Shown here one piece after another: positions 36,679 through 50,049 of a stretch of 64,000 nucleotides of DNA. How positions within the stretch are numbered: the stretch's first letter is position 1; each line of letters opens with the position of its first letter. The position numbers and the translations under genes are program-made. The DNA lies in NCBI RefSeq assembly GCF_036321535.1, contig NC_087437.1:49354001-49418000 (forward strand), written 5' to 3'. The notes under the pieces were generated by a model. That model saw only the letters and a list, made by a program, of their open reading frames with translations, ran no database searches and was not told the DNA's origin. Origin of the DNA: Camelus dromedarius. Lineage: Eukaryota.

Positions 36679-37049
36679 CTTTTTTATTGAGGTATAGTTG
36701 ATTTACAATGTTTCAGATGTACAACAAAGTGATTCAGTTATACATACATACATATAGATATTTCTTCAGATTCTTTTCCATTATAGGTTATTATAAGACA
36801 TTGAATATAATTCCCTGTGTTATACAGTAGGTCCTTGTTATCTACTTTATATATAGTAGCGTGTATCTGTTAATTCCAAATTCCTAATTTAGCCCTCCCC
36901 ACCTCCATTTCCCCTTTGCTTACCATAATTTTGTTTTCTATGTCTGTGAGTTTCTTTGTTTTGTAAATAAGTTCATTGGTATCAATTTTTTTTTAGATTC
37001 TACATATAAGTGGTATCATATGATATTTGTCTTTCTCTGTCTGCCTGAC

Positions 37050-40000
37050 TTCACTTAGTATGATAATTTCTAGGTTCATCCACATCACTGTAAATGGCAT
37101 TATTTCATTCTTTTTTATGGTGGAGTAATATTGCATGGTATATACACCACAATTTCTGTATCCATTCATATGTCGATGGACATTTAGGTTGCTTCCATAT
37201 CTTGGCTATTGTAAATAGTGCCACTATGAACACTGGGGTTCATGTATCTTTGTTAATTATTCTGGATATATGCCCAGGGTTGCTGGATCATATGGTGTTT
37301 ATTTTTAGTTGTTATCCTTCAAAGTGTCTGCAGACCAACTTACATTCCCTTTTCTCCACATCCTCTACAGCATTTATTATTTGTAGACTTTTTGATGATG
37401 GCCATTCTGACTGGTGTGAGGTGACCTACCTCACTGCAGATTTGATTTGCATTTCTCAAATAATTAGTAGTGTTGACCATCTTTTCATAAGCCTGTTGGC
37501 CATCTGGATGTCTTCACTGGGGAAATGTCTGTTTAGGCCTTCCGCCCATTTTTTGATTGGGTAGTTCTTTTGTTATTAGGCTGTATGAACTGTTTGTACA
37601 TTCTGGAAATTCAGCCCTTATCAGTTGCATCATTTGCAAATATTTTGTCCCATTCTATAGTTTGTCTTTTCATTTACTGATGATTTCCTTTGCTGTGCAA
37701 AAGCTTTTAAGTTTAATTCAGTCCCATTTGTTTATTTTTGTTTTATTTCCATTACTCCAGGAGATGGATCCAAAAAAATTGCTGCAACTTATGTCAAAGA
37801 CTGTCCTGCCTGTTTTCCTCTGGGAGTTTTATAGTATCCAGTCTTACATTTAGGTCTTTAATCCATTTTGAGTTTATTTTTGTATATGGTGCTACATAAT
37901 GTTCTAATTTCGTTCTTTTACATGTAGCTTCCAGTTTTCCCAGCACCACTTATTGAAGAGACTGTTTTTTCTCTACTGTATATGCTTGCCTCCTTTGTCA
38001 TAAACTAATTGACCATAAATACATGGGTTTATGTCTGGGCTTTCTGTCTTGTTCCATTGATTTATATGTCTGTTTTTCTGCCAATACCATACTGTTTGGA
38101 TTATTGTAGCTTTGTAGTATAGTCTGAAGTCAGGGAGTGTGATTCCTCCAGCTCTATTCTTCTTTCTCAAGATTGTTTTGACTATTTAAGGTCTTTTGTG
38201 TTTCCATACAAATTTAAAATTTTTTTGTTACAGTTTGAAAATTCCATTGGTAATTTGATAGAGATTGCATTAAATCTGTAGATTGCCCTGGATACTATGG
38301 TCATTTTAACAACATTGAGCCTTCCAACCCAGTAGCATGGTATACCTTTCCATCTGTGTTGTCTTCAATTTCTTTTATCAGTGTCTTATAGTTTTCAGAG
38401 TACAGGTCCTTTGCCTCCTTAGGTAGGTTTGTTCCTAGGTATTTTATTCTTTTTGATACCATGGTAAATGGGATTGTTTCTTTAATTTCCTTTTCTGCTA
38501 TTTCATTGTTATTGTATAGGAATGCAACTGATTTCTGTATATTAATTTTGTATCCTGCAACTTTACTGAATTCACTCATGAGTTCTAGTAGTTTTTTGGT
38601 GGCCTCTTTAGTATTTTCTATGTATAGTATCATGTCATCTGCAAACAGTGACAGTTTTACTTATTCTTTTCCAATTTGGATTCCTTTTATTTTGTTTTCT
38701 TCTCTAATTACTGTGGCAGGGACTTTGAAAACTATGTTGAATAAAAGTGGTGAGAGTGGACATCCTTGTCTTGTTCCTGATCTTAGAGAAAATGATTTCA
38801 GATTTTCACCATTGAGTATGATTTTTAGCTATGGGCTTGCCATAGATGGCGTTTATTATGTTGAGATATGTTCCCTCTATGCCCATATTCTGGAGAGTTT
38901 TTATCGTAAATGGATGTTGAACTTTTATCAAAAGCTTTTTCTTCATCTGTTGAGATGATCACATGATTTTTATTCTTCAATTTGTTAATGTGGTGTATCA
39001 CATTAATTGATTTGCAGATATTGAAAAATCCTTGCATCCCTGAGATAAATCCCACATGCTCATGGCATATTACCTTTTTAATGTATTGTTGGAGTTGATT
39101 TACTAGTATTTTGTTGAGAATTTTTTCATATATTCATAAGTGATATTGGCCTGTGATTTTCTTTTTTGTGATATCTTTCTATGGTTTTGGTATCAGAGTC
39201 ATGGTGGCCTCATAGAATGAATTTGGAAGTGTTCCTTCCTCTGCAATTTTTTGGAATAGTTTCAGAAGGATAGGCATTAACTCTTCTCTAAAAGTTTGGT
39301 AGAATTCCCCTATGAAGCCATCTGGTCCTGGAGTTTTGTTTGTTGGGAGTTTTAAAATTACTTATTCAGTTTCAGTACTGGTAATTGGTCTGTTCATATT
39401 TTCTGTTTTTTCTTGGTTCAATCTTGGGAGGTTGTACCTTTCTTAAGAATTTGTCAATTTCTTCTAGGTTGTCCATTTTATTGGTGTATAGTTGCTCATA
39501 GTAATCTCTTATGATCCTTTGTATTTCTGTGGTTTTAGTTGTAACTTCATTTTCATTTCTGGTCTTATTGATTTGGGTCCTCTCCCTTTTTTTCTTGATG
39601 AATCTGGCTAAAGGTTTATCAATTTTGTTTATCTTTTCAAAGAACCAGCTTTTAGTTTCATTGATCTTTTCTATTGTTTTTTAGTCTCTTTTTCATTTAT
39701 TTCTGTTCTGTTCTTTATGATTTCTTTCCTTTTAGTAACTTTGGGTTTTGTTTGTTCTTCTTTCTCTAGTTCCTTTAGGTGTAAGGTTAATTTGTTTATT
39801 TGAGATTTTTATTGTTTCCTGAGAAATTGTATCACTATAAACTTCCCTTTTAGAACTGCTTTTGCTGCAACCCAGAGGCTTCGGATCATTGTGTTTTCAT
39901 TTTCATTTACCTCTAGGTATTTTTTTTTTAATTTCCTCTTTGATTTCTTCAGTGATCCATTAGTTGTGTAGCAGCATATTGTTTAGCCTCAACATGCTTG

Positions 40001-40810
40001 TGGTTTTTTGCAGTTTTTTTTTTTTTTTCTTGTAGTTGATTTTGAGTCTCATGGCTTTACGGTCAGAAAAAATGCTTGAGGTGGGGAGGGTACAGCTCAG
40101 TGGTAGAAGGCGTGCCTAGCATACATGAGGTCCTGGGTTCAATCTCCAGTATTGCCATTAAAATAAATAAATAAATAAACAAACAAACCTGATTACCTCC
40201 ACCCACCAAAAATATATAAATAAATGCTTGACATAATTTCAATTTTCTTAAGTTTACTGAAGCTTTTTTTTTTTTTTTTGTGGTCTAGCATGTGATCTAA
40301 CCTGGAAAATATTCCATGTGCACTTGGAAAGAATGTGTATCCTGCTGCTTTCGAATGGAATGGTGTATATCAACTAAGTCCATTGTGTAATGTGTTGTTT
40401 AAGGCCTGTGTCTCATTTACTTTCTGTCTGAATGATTTGTCCACTGATGTAAGTGGGGTGTTAAAGTCCCCTACAGTTAGTGTGCTATTGTTGATTTCTC
40501 CTTTTATATCTGTAAATATTTGCCTTATATTCTGAGGTGCTCCTGTCTTAGGTGCATATATATTTACAATTGTTATATCTTCTTGGATTGATCTCTTGAT
40601 CATTAGGTAGTGTCCTTCTTTGTCTCTTGCAACAGTATTTACTTTAAAGTCTATTTTGTCTGATATAAATACTGGTACTCCAGCTTTGTTTTGATTCCCC
40701 TTTGCATGGAAAACCTTTTTCCATCCATTCACTTTCAGCCTGTATGTGTCTCTGGATCTGAAGTGAGTCTCTTATAGGCAGCATATATATGGGTCTTATT
40801 TTTGTATCTA
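37050..40810 (-). pseudogene. L1 ORF2 (endonuclease / reverse transcriptase), fragmented
   Basis: ORF pieces GWKKVFHAKGNQNKAGV...IVNIYAP...VGDFNTPL (endonuclease); [30 protein letters not shown]...[14 protein letters not shown]...IKYLG (RT); [14 protein letters not shown]. Confidence 0.95.
40080..40221 (+). mobile_element. tRNA-derived SINE, camelid Vic-1-like, nested in L1 ORF2
   Basis: GGGGAGGGTACAGCTCAGTGG, B box GTTCAAT at 40137 and (AAAT)n. 10-bp TSD aaatgcttga at 40070-40079 and 40222-40231. Confidence 0.9.
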
Positions 40811-41339
40811 TCCAGCCAGTCTGTGTCTTTTGATTGGAGCATTTAGTCCATTTACATTTAAGATAGTTATTGATATGTGTGTTCCTATTGCCATTTTGTT
40901 AATTGTTTTGGATTTATTTTTGTATGTCTTATTTTCCCCTTTCTTCTCTTGTGATCTGATGACTATCTTTAGTGTTGTTTGGATTCCTTTTTATTTTTGC
41001 ATACCTATTATAGATTTCTGGTTTGCAATTACTATGACGTTTTTGTATAACAGTCTTTATATAAACATGATTGTTTTAAGTTGCTGATCTCTTAATTTCA
41101 AATGCATTTTAAATACACTGCATTTGTACTCTCACCCCCTCATGATTGTTGTTCTTGATATCATATTTTACATCTGTTTTGTGTATCCCTTAACTGCTTA
41201 TTGTGGATACAGGTGATTTTATTTCTTACATCTTTTAACTTCCCTACTAGCTTTGTGTGTGGTTTCCTGCCTTTACTGTATGTTTGACTTTACCAGTGAG
41301 CTTTTTCATTTCATAATTTTCTTGTTCCTGGTTGTGGCC

Positions 41340-42200
41340 TTTTCTTTTTTACCTAGAGAAGTTCCTTTAATATTTGTTGTAAAGCTGGTTTGGTGGTGCT
41401 GAATTCTTTAGCTTTTGCTTGTCTGTAAAGCTTCTGATTTTTTCATCAAATCTGAATGAAACCCTTGATGGGTACCATGCCATTCTCTTCTGGCCTGCAG
41501 GGTTCTGCTGAAAAATCAGCTGATTGCCTTATGGGAGTTCTCTTGTACGTTATTTGTTGCTTTTCCCTTGCTGCTTTTAGTAGTCTCTCTTTCTTTATCT
41601 TTAATTTTTGTCATTTTGATTACTATGTGACTCAGTATGTTCCTCTTTGGTTTAATCCTATTTAGGACTCTCTGTGCTTCCTGGACTCAGTGACTGTTTC
41701 CTTTTCCAGGTTAGGGAAGTTTTCATCTATTATCTCCTCAAACATTTTCTCAGGTCCTTTCTGTCTGTCTCTTCTCCTTCTGGGAAACCTATAGTGCAAA
41801 TATTAAGTGTGTTTGATGTTGTCCCAGAAGTCTCCTAAACTGTCTTCATTTCTTTTCATTTTCTTTTTATGATTCAGTGGCAGTGATTTACACTACTCTG
41901 TCTTCCAGCCCACTGATCCATCCTTCTGTATCATTTAATCTACTATTGATTCCTTCTAGTGTACTTTTCATTTCAGTTATTGTATTTTTCATCCATGTTT
42001 GGTTGTTCTTCATATTTTTTAACTCTTTGTTAAAAACTTCTAGCTTCTCTCTCTGTGCATCTGTTTTCCTCCCAAGTTCTTTGATCACCTTTATGATTGT
42101 TACTCTGGGCTCTTTCTTGGGTAGATTGCCTATCTTTACTTAATTCTTCTTTTGGGGTTTTATTGTGCTCCTTCATTTGGAACATATTCCTCTGCCACCT
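41340..42200 (-). pseudogene. L1 ORF1 remnant
   Basis: ORF 41888-42088 (MKNTITEMKSTLEGINSRLNDTEGWISGLEDRVV) is the ORF1p coiled coil. Confidence 0.88.
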
Positions 42201-44349
42201 CATTTGTCTAAGTTGCTATTTGTATTTTTATGTCTGTAGTAGGTTAGTTACGTTTCTTGACCTTGGAGGAGTAGCCTTCTATAGGAGATGCCCTGTGCAT
42301 CCCAGCAGTGCACTCCCCTCTCATCACCCAAGCTATATGAGCTAGGGGTTCCTCCTTAGAGGGCTTTGTGGGTCCTTCTGTTGTGGAAAACTATGTGGGT
42401 GGTCTGGTAAGCTTGGTTGGTCCCTAGTCTGGTTGGTTACCAGGCCCTACCTTGTGCAGAGGCAACTGTTTAGTGGGGTCTGGTCACAAGACAGCTGATC
42501 GCACAACCCTAGGAGGCCCTGGCGCTTGTCCTGGCTCACTGGCGTGTGGAGTCCCAGTGACTCTGGGGCTGTTGCCCACTCACTGGCACATGAAGCCAGA
42601 TCCTGGGGTTGGTGCTGAACTACTAGCAGGCAGATCCTGGAGTCTGGCTGTAGGGCCCAGGGATCCTAGAGCTTGTTTCAGATCACTGGTTGGGGGAGGG
42701 GGTGATTCCTACAGGATGGTAGTTTTCTTGCTTCTGGTGTCTCCTCCCTGGCGGGTGACACTGGTCTAGAGGCAAATGCAGGTTTCCTGCAGGGAAAGGC
42801 TGGTGCCTGCCCACTGGTGGGTAGAGCTGGGTTTTGGCCACCTAGTGTGCAGGGCCATGTCTAGGAGCATATGTAGAGGTGGCTGTTGGCTCAGGAAATC
42901 TTTAGGCAGCCTGTCTGATGATGGGTGGTACTGTGTCTCTGCCTAGTTGGTTGTCTGGCCCAAGGCATCCCAGCACTGAAGCCTACAGGCTGTGGGAAAG
43001 GGCCAGGGTTTGATGTTAATGATCCAATATGTCAGCCACCAAGAGTGTTCACAAGGTTAAATGTTCCCTAGTATGTCTACCGCCAGTGTCTTCATCCCTG
43101 GGGTGAGCCACACCCACCCCTGCCTCTCCAGGAGACTCTCCAAGACCATCAGGTAGGTCTGGTCCAGATTCGTATCAAATTACTGCTTTTATCCTGGGTC
43201 CAGGTACATGTGAGATACTGTGTGCACCCTTTAAGAGTGCAGTCTATTTCCCCCAACCCCGTGGGGCTCTGGCAATAAAGACCCACTGGCCTTCAAAGCC
43301 AAATATTCTGGGGGCTCGTCTTCTCAGTGCTGGACCCCTAGGCTGGGGAGATTTATGTGGGGCTCAGAACCCTCACTCCTGTGGGAGAACCCCTGCCACA
43401 GAATTTTTCTCCAGTTTGTGGGTCACCCACCCCAAGGGGAATGGGATTTGAATATATCACACATCTGCCCCTCCTACCCATCTTGTTGTGGTTCCTTCTT
43501 TAGTTGTAGAGCATCTTTTCTAGTAGGTTACAGTCTTTTTCATTGATGATTATTCTGCAGATAGTTGTGATGTTGGTGTGCTTGTGAGAGGAGGTGTGTT
43601 CAGGATCTTTCTGCTCAACCATCTGGCTGCCATCTGAGTCGTTGCCTTTTTAGTAGAGAATTTCAATCTATTTACATTGGTTGGGTAAATAATAAATTGA
43701 AATTTATACCTTCCAGAAAAAAAATTAAATAAAATTTGTGATCTGCATACAATAAACTAAAACTGTTTTGAAAAGAAAATAGCATGTTCTTAAGGGCTAG
43801 TGCATGTCTATGCAAACTGGATAAGTCCTCAAACATATTTTCAGTAATAGCTTTTATTAAAAAATCACTACTTCTGCTATTTTCCCTACTATTGCTTTTT
43901 TTTGAGCAATACGAATACATCTTTCCACATTATTGATTTGATGTTTCAAAGCTGATCTAAGCACTTTCTTCTGTTATGTATGTGTTATGTATTTTATTTG
44001 CACTAAATCTCTCCTACTGTGTGCAAAGACATGAAAAATAGAGGAAATTGCAATATTGATACTTTGGCCCATTTGCTTTGGAAAGTTTCCTTGCAGTATC
44101 AGCCATCATGCTTATTATTCTTCAAGCATCGTGGATGCTTAGTCTTGGATTTTTCTCTGGATTCTCTAGAAGTCTAGTGGTACACTTAGGACACTTTTCT
44201 CCATTGACATATTCATCTGTATCATGTATGATGCAGAAATAGACATTAATCAATAATATAAGTGCATCTTCATTATCATACTTATAATTTGATTTTGAAA
44301 CCTCTTCATGGAACCCTGGGTTTCAGAAAACAGTTTGAAAACCATAGCT

Positions 44350-45000
44350 ATAGGAAATGGATAGTCATTAAAGGTTAGAGACATAGACAGATCTGCATTT
44401 TAGAATAACATCTGTGCTTATGAAATGGAGGATGGGTTAAAGAGGGAACATATTATTAGAACCCAAGGGATCTGCTAGAAAGTCATAAAAGACAGTGAAG
44501 GGTTGAACTTTGAGATACAAATTAGGAAAGATGCAATATTGCAATATTTGAGAAGTAAAATTAATAAAAATCAGACAGTTGTTAGTTATCAGAATTGATG
44601 AATAAGAAGAGGTCATTGATGGCTTCTCGCTCTGGAGACCATCATAATTAATGGTGAGCGTGATGCTGAAGATAGGGGAGCATGTTTATACTAGTTCACA
44701 GTAAAGTGCATAAATTTGATTTTAAACATAGTGAAGCTTAGGTACCAAATGTCCAGTTGTACTAAATGTCCAGTTAAATACAGATCTAGAATTCAAGAGA
44801 AAGACTAGGGCTAGCTTTGAAATTGATAACCAAATTGATGAAGCCACGGGAGTGATGACCAAGGAAAAAGTGGAGACTAACTAGAGAAGACAGCTAAGGG
44901 CAGACTCTGGGGACCATGACCTGTTATGGGACATGCAGGGAAAGAGCTACTGAACAACAAGTAAAGGAAGTAAAGCAGGCAGGAGTTACCATTCTAGAGG
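44350..45000 (-). mobile_element. L2 fragment
   Basis: agatctgcattttagaa...; tttgattttaaacatagtga...; agaagacagctaagggcagactctggggac. Confidence 0.7.
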
Positions 45001-45118
45001 TGTACAAAACAGAGACTTGGCAGTAAGAGGGGATAACCAGTGCCAGGCCACAGACAAATGCATTTTTCCCTCATCCTGTTTTTATCCTCTTCTAAATCCC
45101 TTCTGCCATCCCTTATCC

Positions 45119-45164
45119 AAAAAGAAAAGAGAAAAAAGAAAAGAAAAGAAAAGAAAAGAAAAAA
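45119..45164 (+). repeat. (GAAAA)n simple repeat
   Basis: Directly visible. Confidence 0.9.
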
Positions 45165-45269
45165 GCCTCAGTGATGATTTTACTCCTGTTTCACAAAGAA
45201 GTTTGATACCATCAGGTATGACCTATTTCATAATCTTTACATTTACAAACCATTCTTCCACATGAATCC

Positions 45270-45810
45270 TTCCATCTTGCCTTTCTTTTCTACTCCTAAG
45301 GCAACTCTGAGTCTGTCTACTTCTTTTCTACTCCTGATTTTGTTCTTTGTTCTCATGATAGCTCCTCTTTCCCATTTTGTCAAAAAATATGGTCTGAAGG
45401 CTTCTTCCTTTAGCTCTTAACACAAGAATATGTCTCCTCTGCTTCCCCTAGCTTCTTGGAGTCTGCTGCTCCCAATCACTGACATCCTTCCTTCTTTCCC
45501 AACCAAAGCTTTGAAACACTTTTTTATACCTACTGCATCTCATTTTCTTCTGAATCTCTGCAGTCTGTCTTTCCCTCCACCCCAAAGTTACATTCCTCAA
45601 TCAAAGCTTATCAATGACTTCCTTCTGGCCAACTCCTTTTCCCTTTCTAAGATCAACCCAATCAATGACAGGGCTCATTTGAAATTGCTGGTTGATCAGC
45701 CTGTCTTCTAGTTTCTATGTCATGGTGTTGTCCATATTCTTTTCCTGTCTCTCTGCCAGGTGTCTTTCTCCTTTGGCAGTGTTTTGTCCTCCTCCTAACT
45801 CAGGTTCTAG
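45270..45810 (+). mobile_element. Degenerate L2 fragment
   Basis: Pyrimidine-rich. ctctgcagtctg...aagcttatcaatgacttccttctggccaa. Confidence 0.55.
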
Positions 45811-45917
45811 GTGTTCCCTGAGTTGCTGCCCTTGTGGTTATTTTCTCACTGAAGACAGTATTCTGAAAAAGAGGATGCTGCTGGTCCAGGGCAATACTTT
45901 GAGAACCACTGGCTTAG

Positions 45918-46995
45918 AACAATGGTTCTTAAATTTAGCTGTACATCAGAATCACTAGGATAGCTTTTAAAACAATAACTGCTATTCAAAGGAAACCATA
46001 AACAAAATGAAAAGAAAACCTATAGAACGGGACAAAATATTTGCAAGCCGTGCAACTGACAAGGGATCAATTTCCAAAATATACAAGCAGCTCACACAGC
46101 TCAATATCAAGAAAACAAAAAACCCAATCAAAAAATGGGTGGAAGATCTAAATAGACATTTCTCCAAAGACGACACTCAAACATCACTAGTCATCAGAGA
46201 AATGCAAATCAAAACTCAATGAGGTATCACCTCACACCAGTCAGAATGGCCATCATCAAAAAGTCTACAAATAATAAATGCTGGAGAGGGTGTGGAGAAA
46301 AGGGAACCCTCCTACACTGTTGGGAATATAGTTTGGTGCAGCCATTTTGGAAAATAGCCAAGATATGAAAGCAACCTAAATGTCCATTGACAGATGAATG
46401 AATAGAGAAGATGTGGTATATATATACACAATGGAATACTACTCAGCCATAAAAAGGAATGAAATGTCATTGGCAGCAACATGGTTGGACCTAGAGATCA
46501 TCATACTAAGCGAAGTCAGTCAGTCAAAGACAAATATCATATCATAACACTTATATGTGGAATTTTAAAAAAATGACACAAGCAAACTTATTTACAAAAC
46601 AGAAATAGACTAACAGACACAGAAAACAAACTTATATTTACCAGGGGGGAAGGAAGGGAGGGAGGGATAAATTGAGAGTTTGGGATTAGGAGATTCAAAC
46701 TACTATGTACAGAATAGATAAACAACAAGGTCCTAACATATAGCACAGGGAACTATATTCAATGGCTTGTAGTAGCCTGTAATGAAAGACTATGTATATA
46801 TTTATATGTGTAACTGAATCACTATGCTGTATATCAGAAACTAATTCAACACTGTAAATCAACTATACTTCAAGTTAAAAAATGGGAAACAATTATTGCT
46901 ACTCAGGACCCACTACATACCTATTAAATCAGAATAGCTGATGGTAAGCCCCCCTGTTAATTCTAACATGAAATCATGGTTAAAATCCACTTGCT
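45918..46995. mobile_element. MER5-like MITE split by an L1 insertion
   Basis: Left half caatggttcttaaatttagctgtacatcagaatcac. Right half acctattaaatcagaat...ggttaaaatccact. Confidence 0.75.
45985..46886 (+). mobile_element. 5'-truncated LINE-1 3' end with TSD and internal deletions
   Basis: ORF 46007-46222 ([19 protein letters not shown]...[16 protein letters not shown]) is the ORF2 C-terminal region. TSD aaacaataactgcta / aaacaattattgcta. Confidence 0.94.
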
Positions 46996-47879
46996 TAGAA
47001 ATGGAAGGAAACGTCCATGCTCCCCCCCAAAAAGCAGCAGCTTTGGGGCAGAGTTTTATAATTTTCAACTGCATGGTTTCCTCAAAGTTTCATAAATTCC
47101 ATGAAATAATATACAAAAAGGTTGTATGTAACTGAGGAAGGAGCAGATAGCCTTCAACATACTTTCAAAGAGGTCCATGACTGTCACCCCCAAATTAAAA
47201 ATCACTGAAGAAGTTTATTCTCAGGCAGAACTGCCCACACAATCTCTTATATCTCACAGACAACACCATCACATGTGTTTCAAAATTCTTTCTGTTCATA
47301 CATTGAGGCTTCTCTGGAAAGTATCTGCTTTACTTACATGGCTTCAGGGCCTGAAATTTTAATCCTTACATTTTCACTTAGGTTAATGAGTTGTTTTTTT
47401 TTTTCAAAATGCTTACATGAAAGAAGAATCCAGTATCTATCCATCATTCACATGTTAGCAAGAACTGCTTTGACTTCAATGTGGTTTTATACTCCCACAC
47501 ATCCTAATGTAGTAGCTGCTTTGAATAGGCAGGGGGAGAAGTATGAAGAACTTTGAAGGTCTAAGTAGAGCTCCACAGAGAATTTTTTTTTTTAATTAAG
47601 ACACTAGGAACCTAAAAGATGGAGGAAGGTATCAAGGTCAGTAGGGTATGCGTGAAGAAAGAAGTCAGAATACACAAAGAATAGTTTTTAACAGTAATAT
47701 TTCAGATAGGTTATGTAACAAAGAAATAGAAAACTTTCTTCCTTTCTTTTCCTCTCCCATATTTATCATATACAGACTCCCAAAATCACTAAGGAATAAT
47801 ACCATCCACACCATGAAAGTCAGTTTTAAACAATGTAAAGCACAGAGCCAGACAGAACTGGTTCCAAGTATCCTTGAGA

Positions 47880-48020
47880 GATTCAGTTAACCTAAGTCCA
47901 AACTTCCTTTCTGTAAAATAGCAGTGGAAATAGTTACTTCATAAGGTAATCCTGAGAACTAAATTTATGTGATGTACTTATTACAGTGCTTCAAACTAGC
48001 AAATGTTTAATAAATGGCTA
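47880..48020 (+). mobile_element. MIR fragment
   Basis: ttcctttctgtaaaata...tacttcataaggt...acagtgctt...aataaatggcta. Confidence 0.65.
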
Positions 48021-48309
48021 CAGCTTGGTAGGTTATGGACCAAGAAGGCAATCTGTGGACTGATCTAAAATGCAACTATGTTTCTATAGGAAATATCCAT
48101 GTTCCATTATATTGCCTTTGATACAGATTTCATTACCCAAACATTTAAATATTTACTTTAAAAATTCAGTTTACTTTTGAAAGGAACAGCTGATCTTTCC
48201 AACTGCCCATCCTTTTTACTTAAGTATTCAGCTGCCATCTTAATCTCACAACTAATATAAACTCCGCCCTGAATTGAGAGTTCCTTAGGAGTGAGGACTG
48301 TCTTTATTG

Positions 48310-49190
48310 GATAGTCATTTACTGAGCATCTGTATGCCAGTGACTGGATTTAAAAATATACATACAATACAGTTTCTTTCCTAAGTTCCACTTGGGGAAA
48401 ATGATAGGCAAATACAATCCAAGATAATGTGTATTATAATAAAGGTGTGTGCCAAGAACAATGGGGCACAGTAGAAGAAGATATTAAATTTTATTTGAAT
48501 TGATAAGGAAATCTTAGTAAAGAGGGTGACATTCAAAGGGGGCCAGATGTGCATCAAAGTCAATAATAAATGAAACTGACATTAGAGGACAGAAGTACGT
48601 AAGCTACCACTGCGGGGAATGATTCATAAGTGGACTATGGTTTATTTGGACCTTGAATACAGAAGATGAGGATAAAAGATGGAACAGCTTGGTATGCACC
48701 TAGGCCTGTATGTAATAGTAAGATATACGATTATTAAATAGTAAGTTGATTGATGGGAAATAAGGTTGGAGAGGTGCTACCTTAGAACTAGATCTTGCAA
48801 AGCCCTGGTAACTAAGCAAGGCAGTTCCTTGAACTTGGAAGTTCCAAGGATTTTGTGCAATACACATGAACAAAAGGGCCATTATAGGTTCTGAAACCAA
48901 GGTGTGTGTAACACAGTAAAAGCAGAGGTGGAGGACATCCAACAATGATGTTGTAGGTAAAGAAGGCAGATCAGATCACCTGGAAAGCAGTTTTGTAAAT
49001 GCAGATATGACCTGCTATAGTTCTAGAATAGTACGTAGGTCTTTGGGGAGCAAGTGTACAGATATAAAAGTGACATGTCATGAATGTCATCTGGGATATC
49101 TGAATAATAAAATCACTGACAAATATAGAAAAGGTAATATGGAAAATGAGGAGCTGTTTAAACAAAATTTATGTAGCGTCATTGATATAT
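48310..49190 (-). mobile_element. L2 3' region, degenerate
   Basis: catttactgagcatctgtatgccag; gaggg-tgacattcaa; gcagttttgtaaatgcagatatga. Confidence 0.65.
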
Positions 49191-50049
49191 GACAATATAT
49201 CATGCTGTCATATGTGTACCTATATAACATGCACATTATGTTTCATTCAGCAGCTATTTCCTACTATCTATCCTATTTCCCCATGTACATAACCCATTTC
49301 TGCTAGGCAGGATCTTATCTCTTATTTCTCATACATTACAGAGCTTACCCACTCTGGGACATAAAGTTTGTATTTAACAAAATCTTATTGTCTGATTAAA
49401 CAACTGAGGCCAGAATTATCAGAAAACTAGCCCAAGTCCTAGGTAGAGTTGGCAGTGAATAAATATACACAGCACTTTCTTTCACTGCTATATAACTTGC
49501 TAACATTGCTAGAGTGGAAAAATTTCCCAACTAGTACCACGTCGTTCTAGACAACACAACTATGGTTCAGTTTACCTTGTGATATTCAGTAGAATGAACT
49601 TTTTGGATCTAAGACCTCAAGGGAAATAGTGAGAAATCCTGTTTCTTGTCTATTTGGATGTGTTTTTCACTTTTAAAACATGAACTTAAAGGGGGGTGGG
49701 AGCGGAATAAGAGAGGAGATCAGTCCAATCTTTCATAACAGCATATTTACTTCACCAGGAAAAAAAATGACTTTAATTACATAGGGATAGAAAAAAAAAG
49801 CCTTGAATACCCTTCCTTGACTAGATTCAGGGCTTTCATGTGAGAATAAAATACACATTTACAGTAAGTTTAGATTTGGGGGTGGAGTTTAAAGCTCTTG
49901 TCCATCAACATATCATAATGGATGAGTGTGACACCCGCATAATAGCACTTGTTTGAGCACTTTTAGAAAGAGCAGGGGAGCCTCTGCAGTGCAGTGAGGG
50001 AGTTTAAAAATTTAAGGATGTTTTCTTTACAATGAGAAACACCATCTAC

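Larger units (their letters stand above)
36680..43635 (-). mobile_element. Near full-length, inactivated LINE-1 (cetartiodactyl-type 3' end)
   Basis: Colinear 5' UTR (about 42250-43635, GC-richer), ORF1 and ORF2 remnants, 3' UTR and short A tail. Many stops and frameshifts. Confidence 0.96.

Noticed and set aside
37094..38958. Long + strand ORFs (156, 98 and 165 aa)
   Set aside because: Antisense shadows of L1 ORF2, not independent genes.
42250..43635. GC-rich stretch as a host-gene promoter or CpG island
   Set aside because: CpG-depleted and colinear with the L1, so it is the decayed L1 5' UTR.
36293..43640. 3' transduction joining the 7-kb L1, the L2 piece and the short L1 tail
   Set aside because: Only a 6-bp match (atctga) flanks the composite, and L2-like sequence appears to continue outside it, favouring independent insertions.
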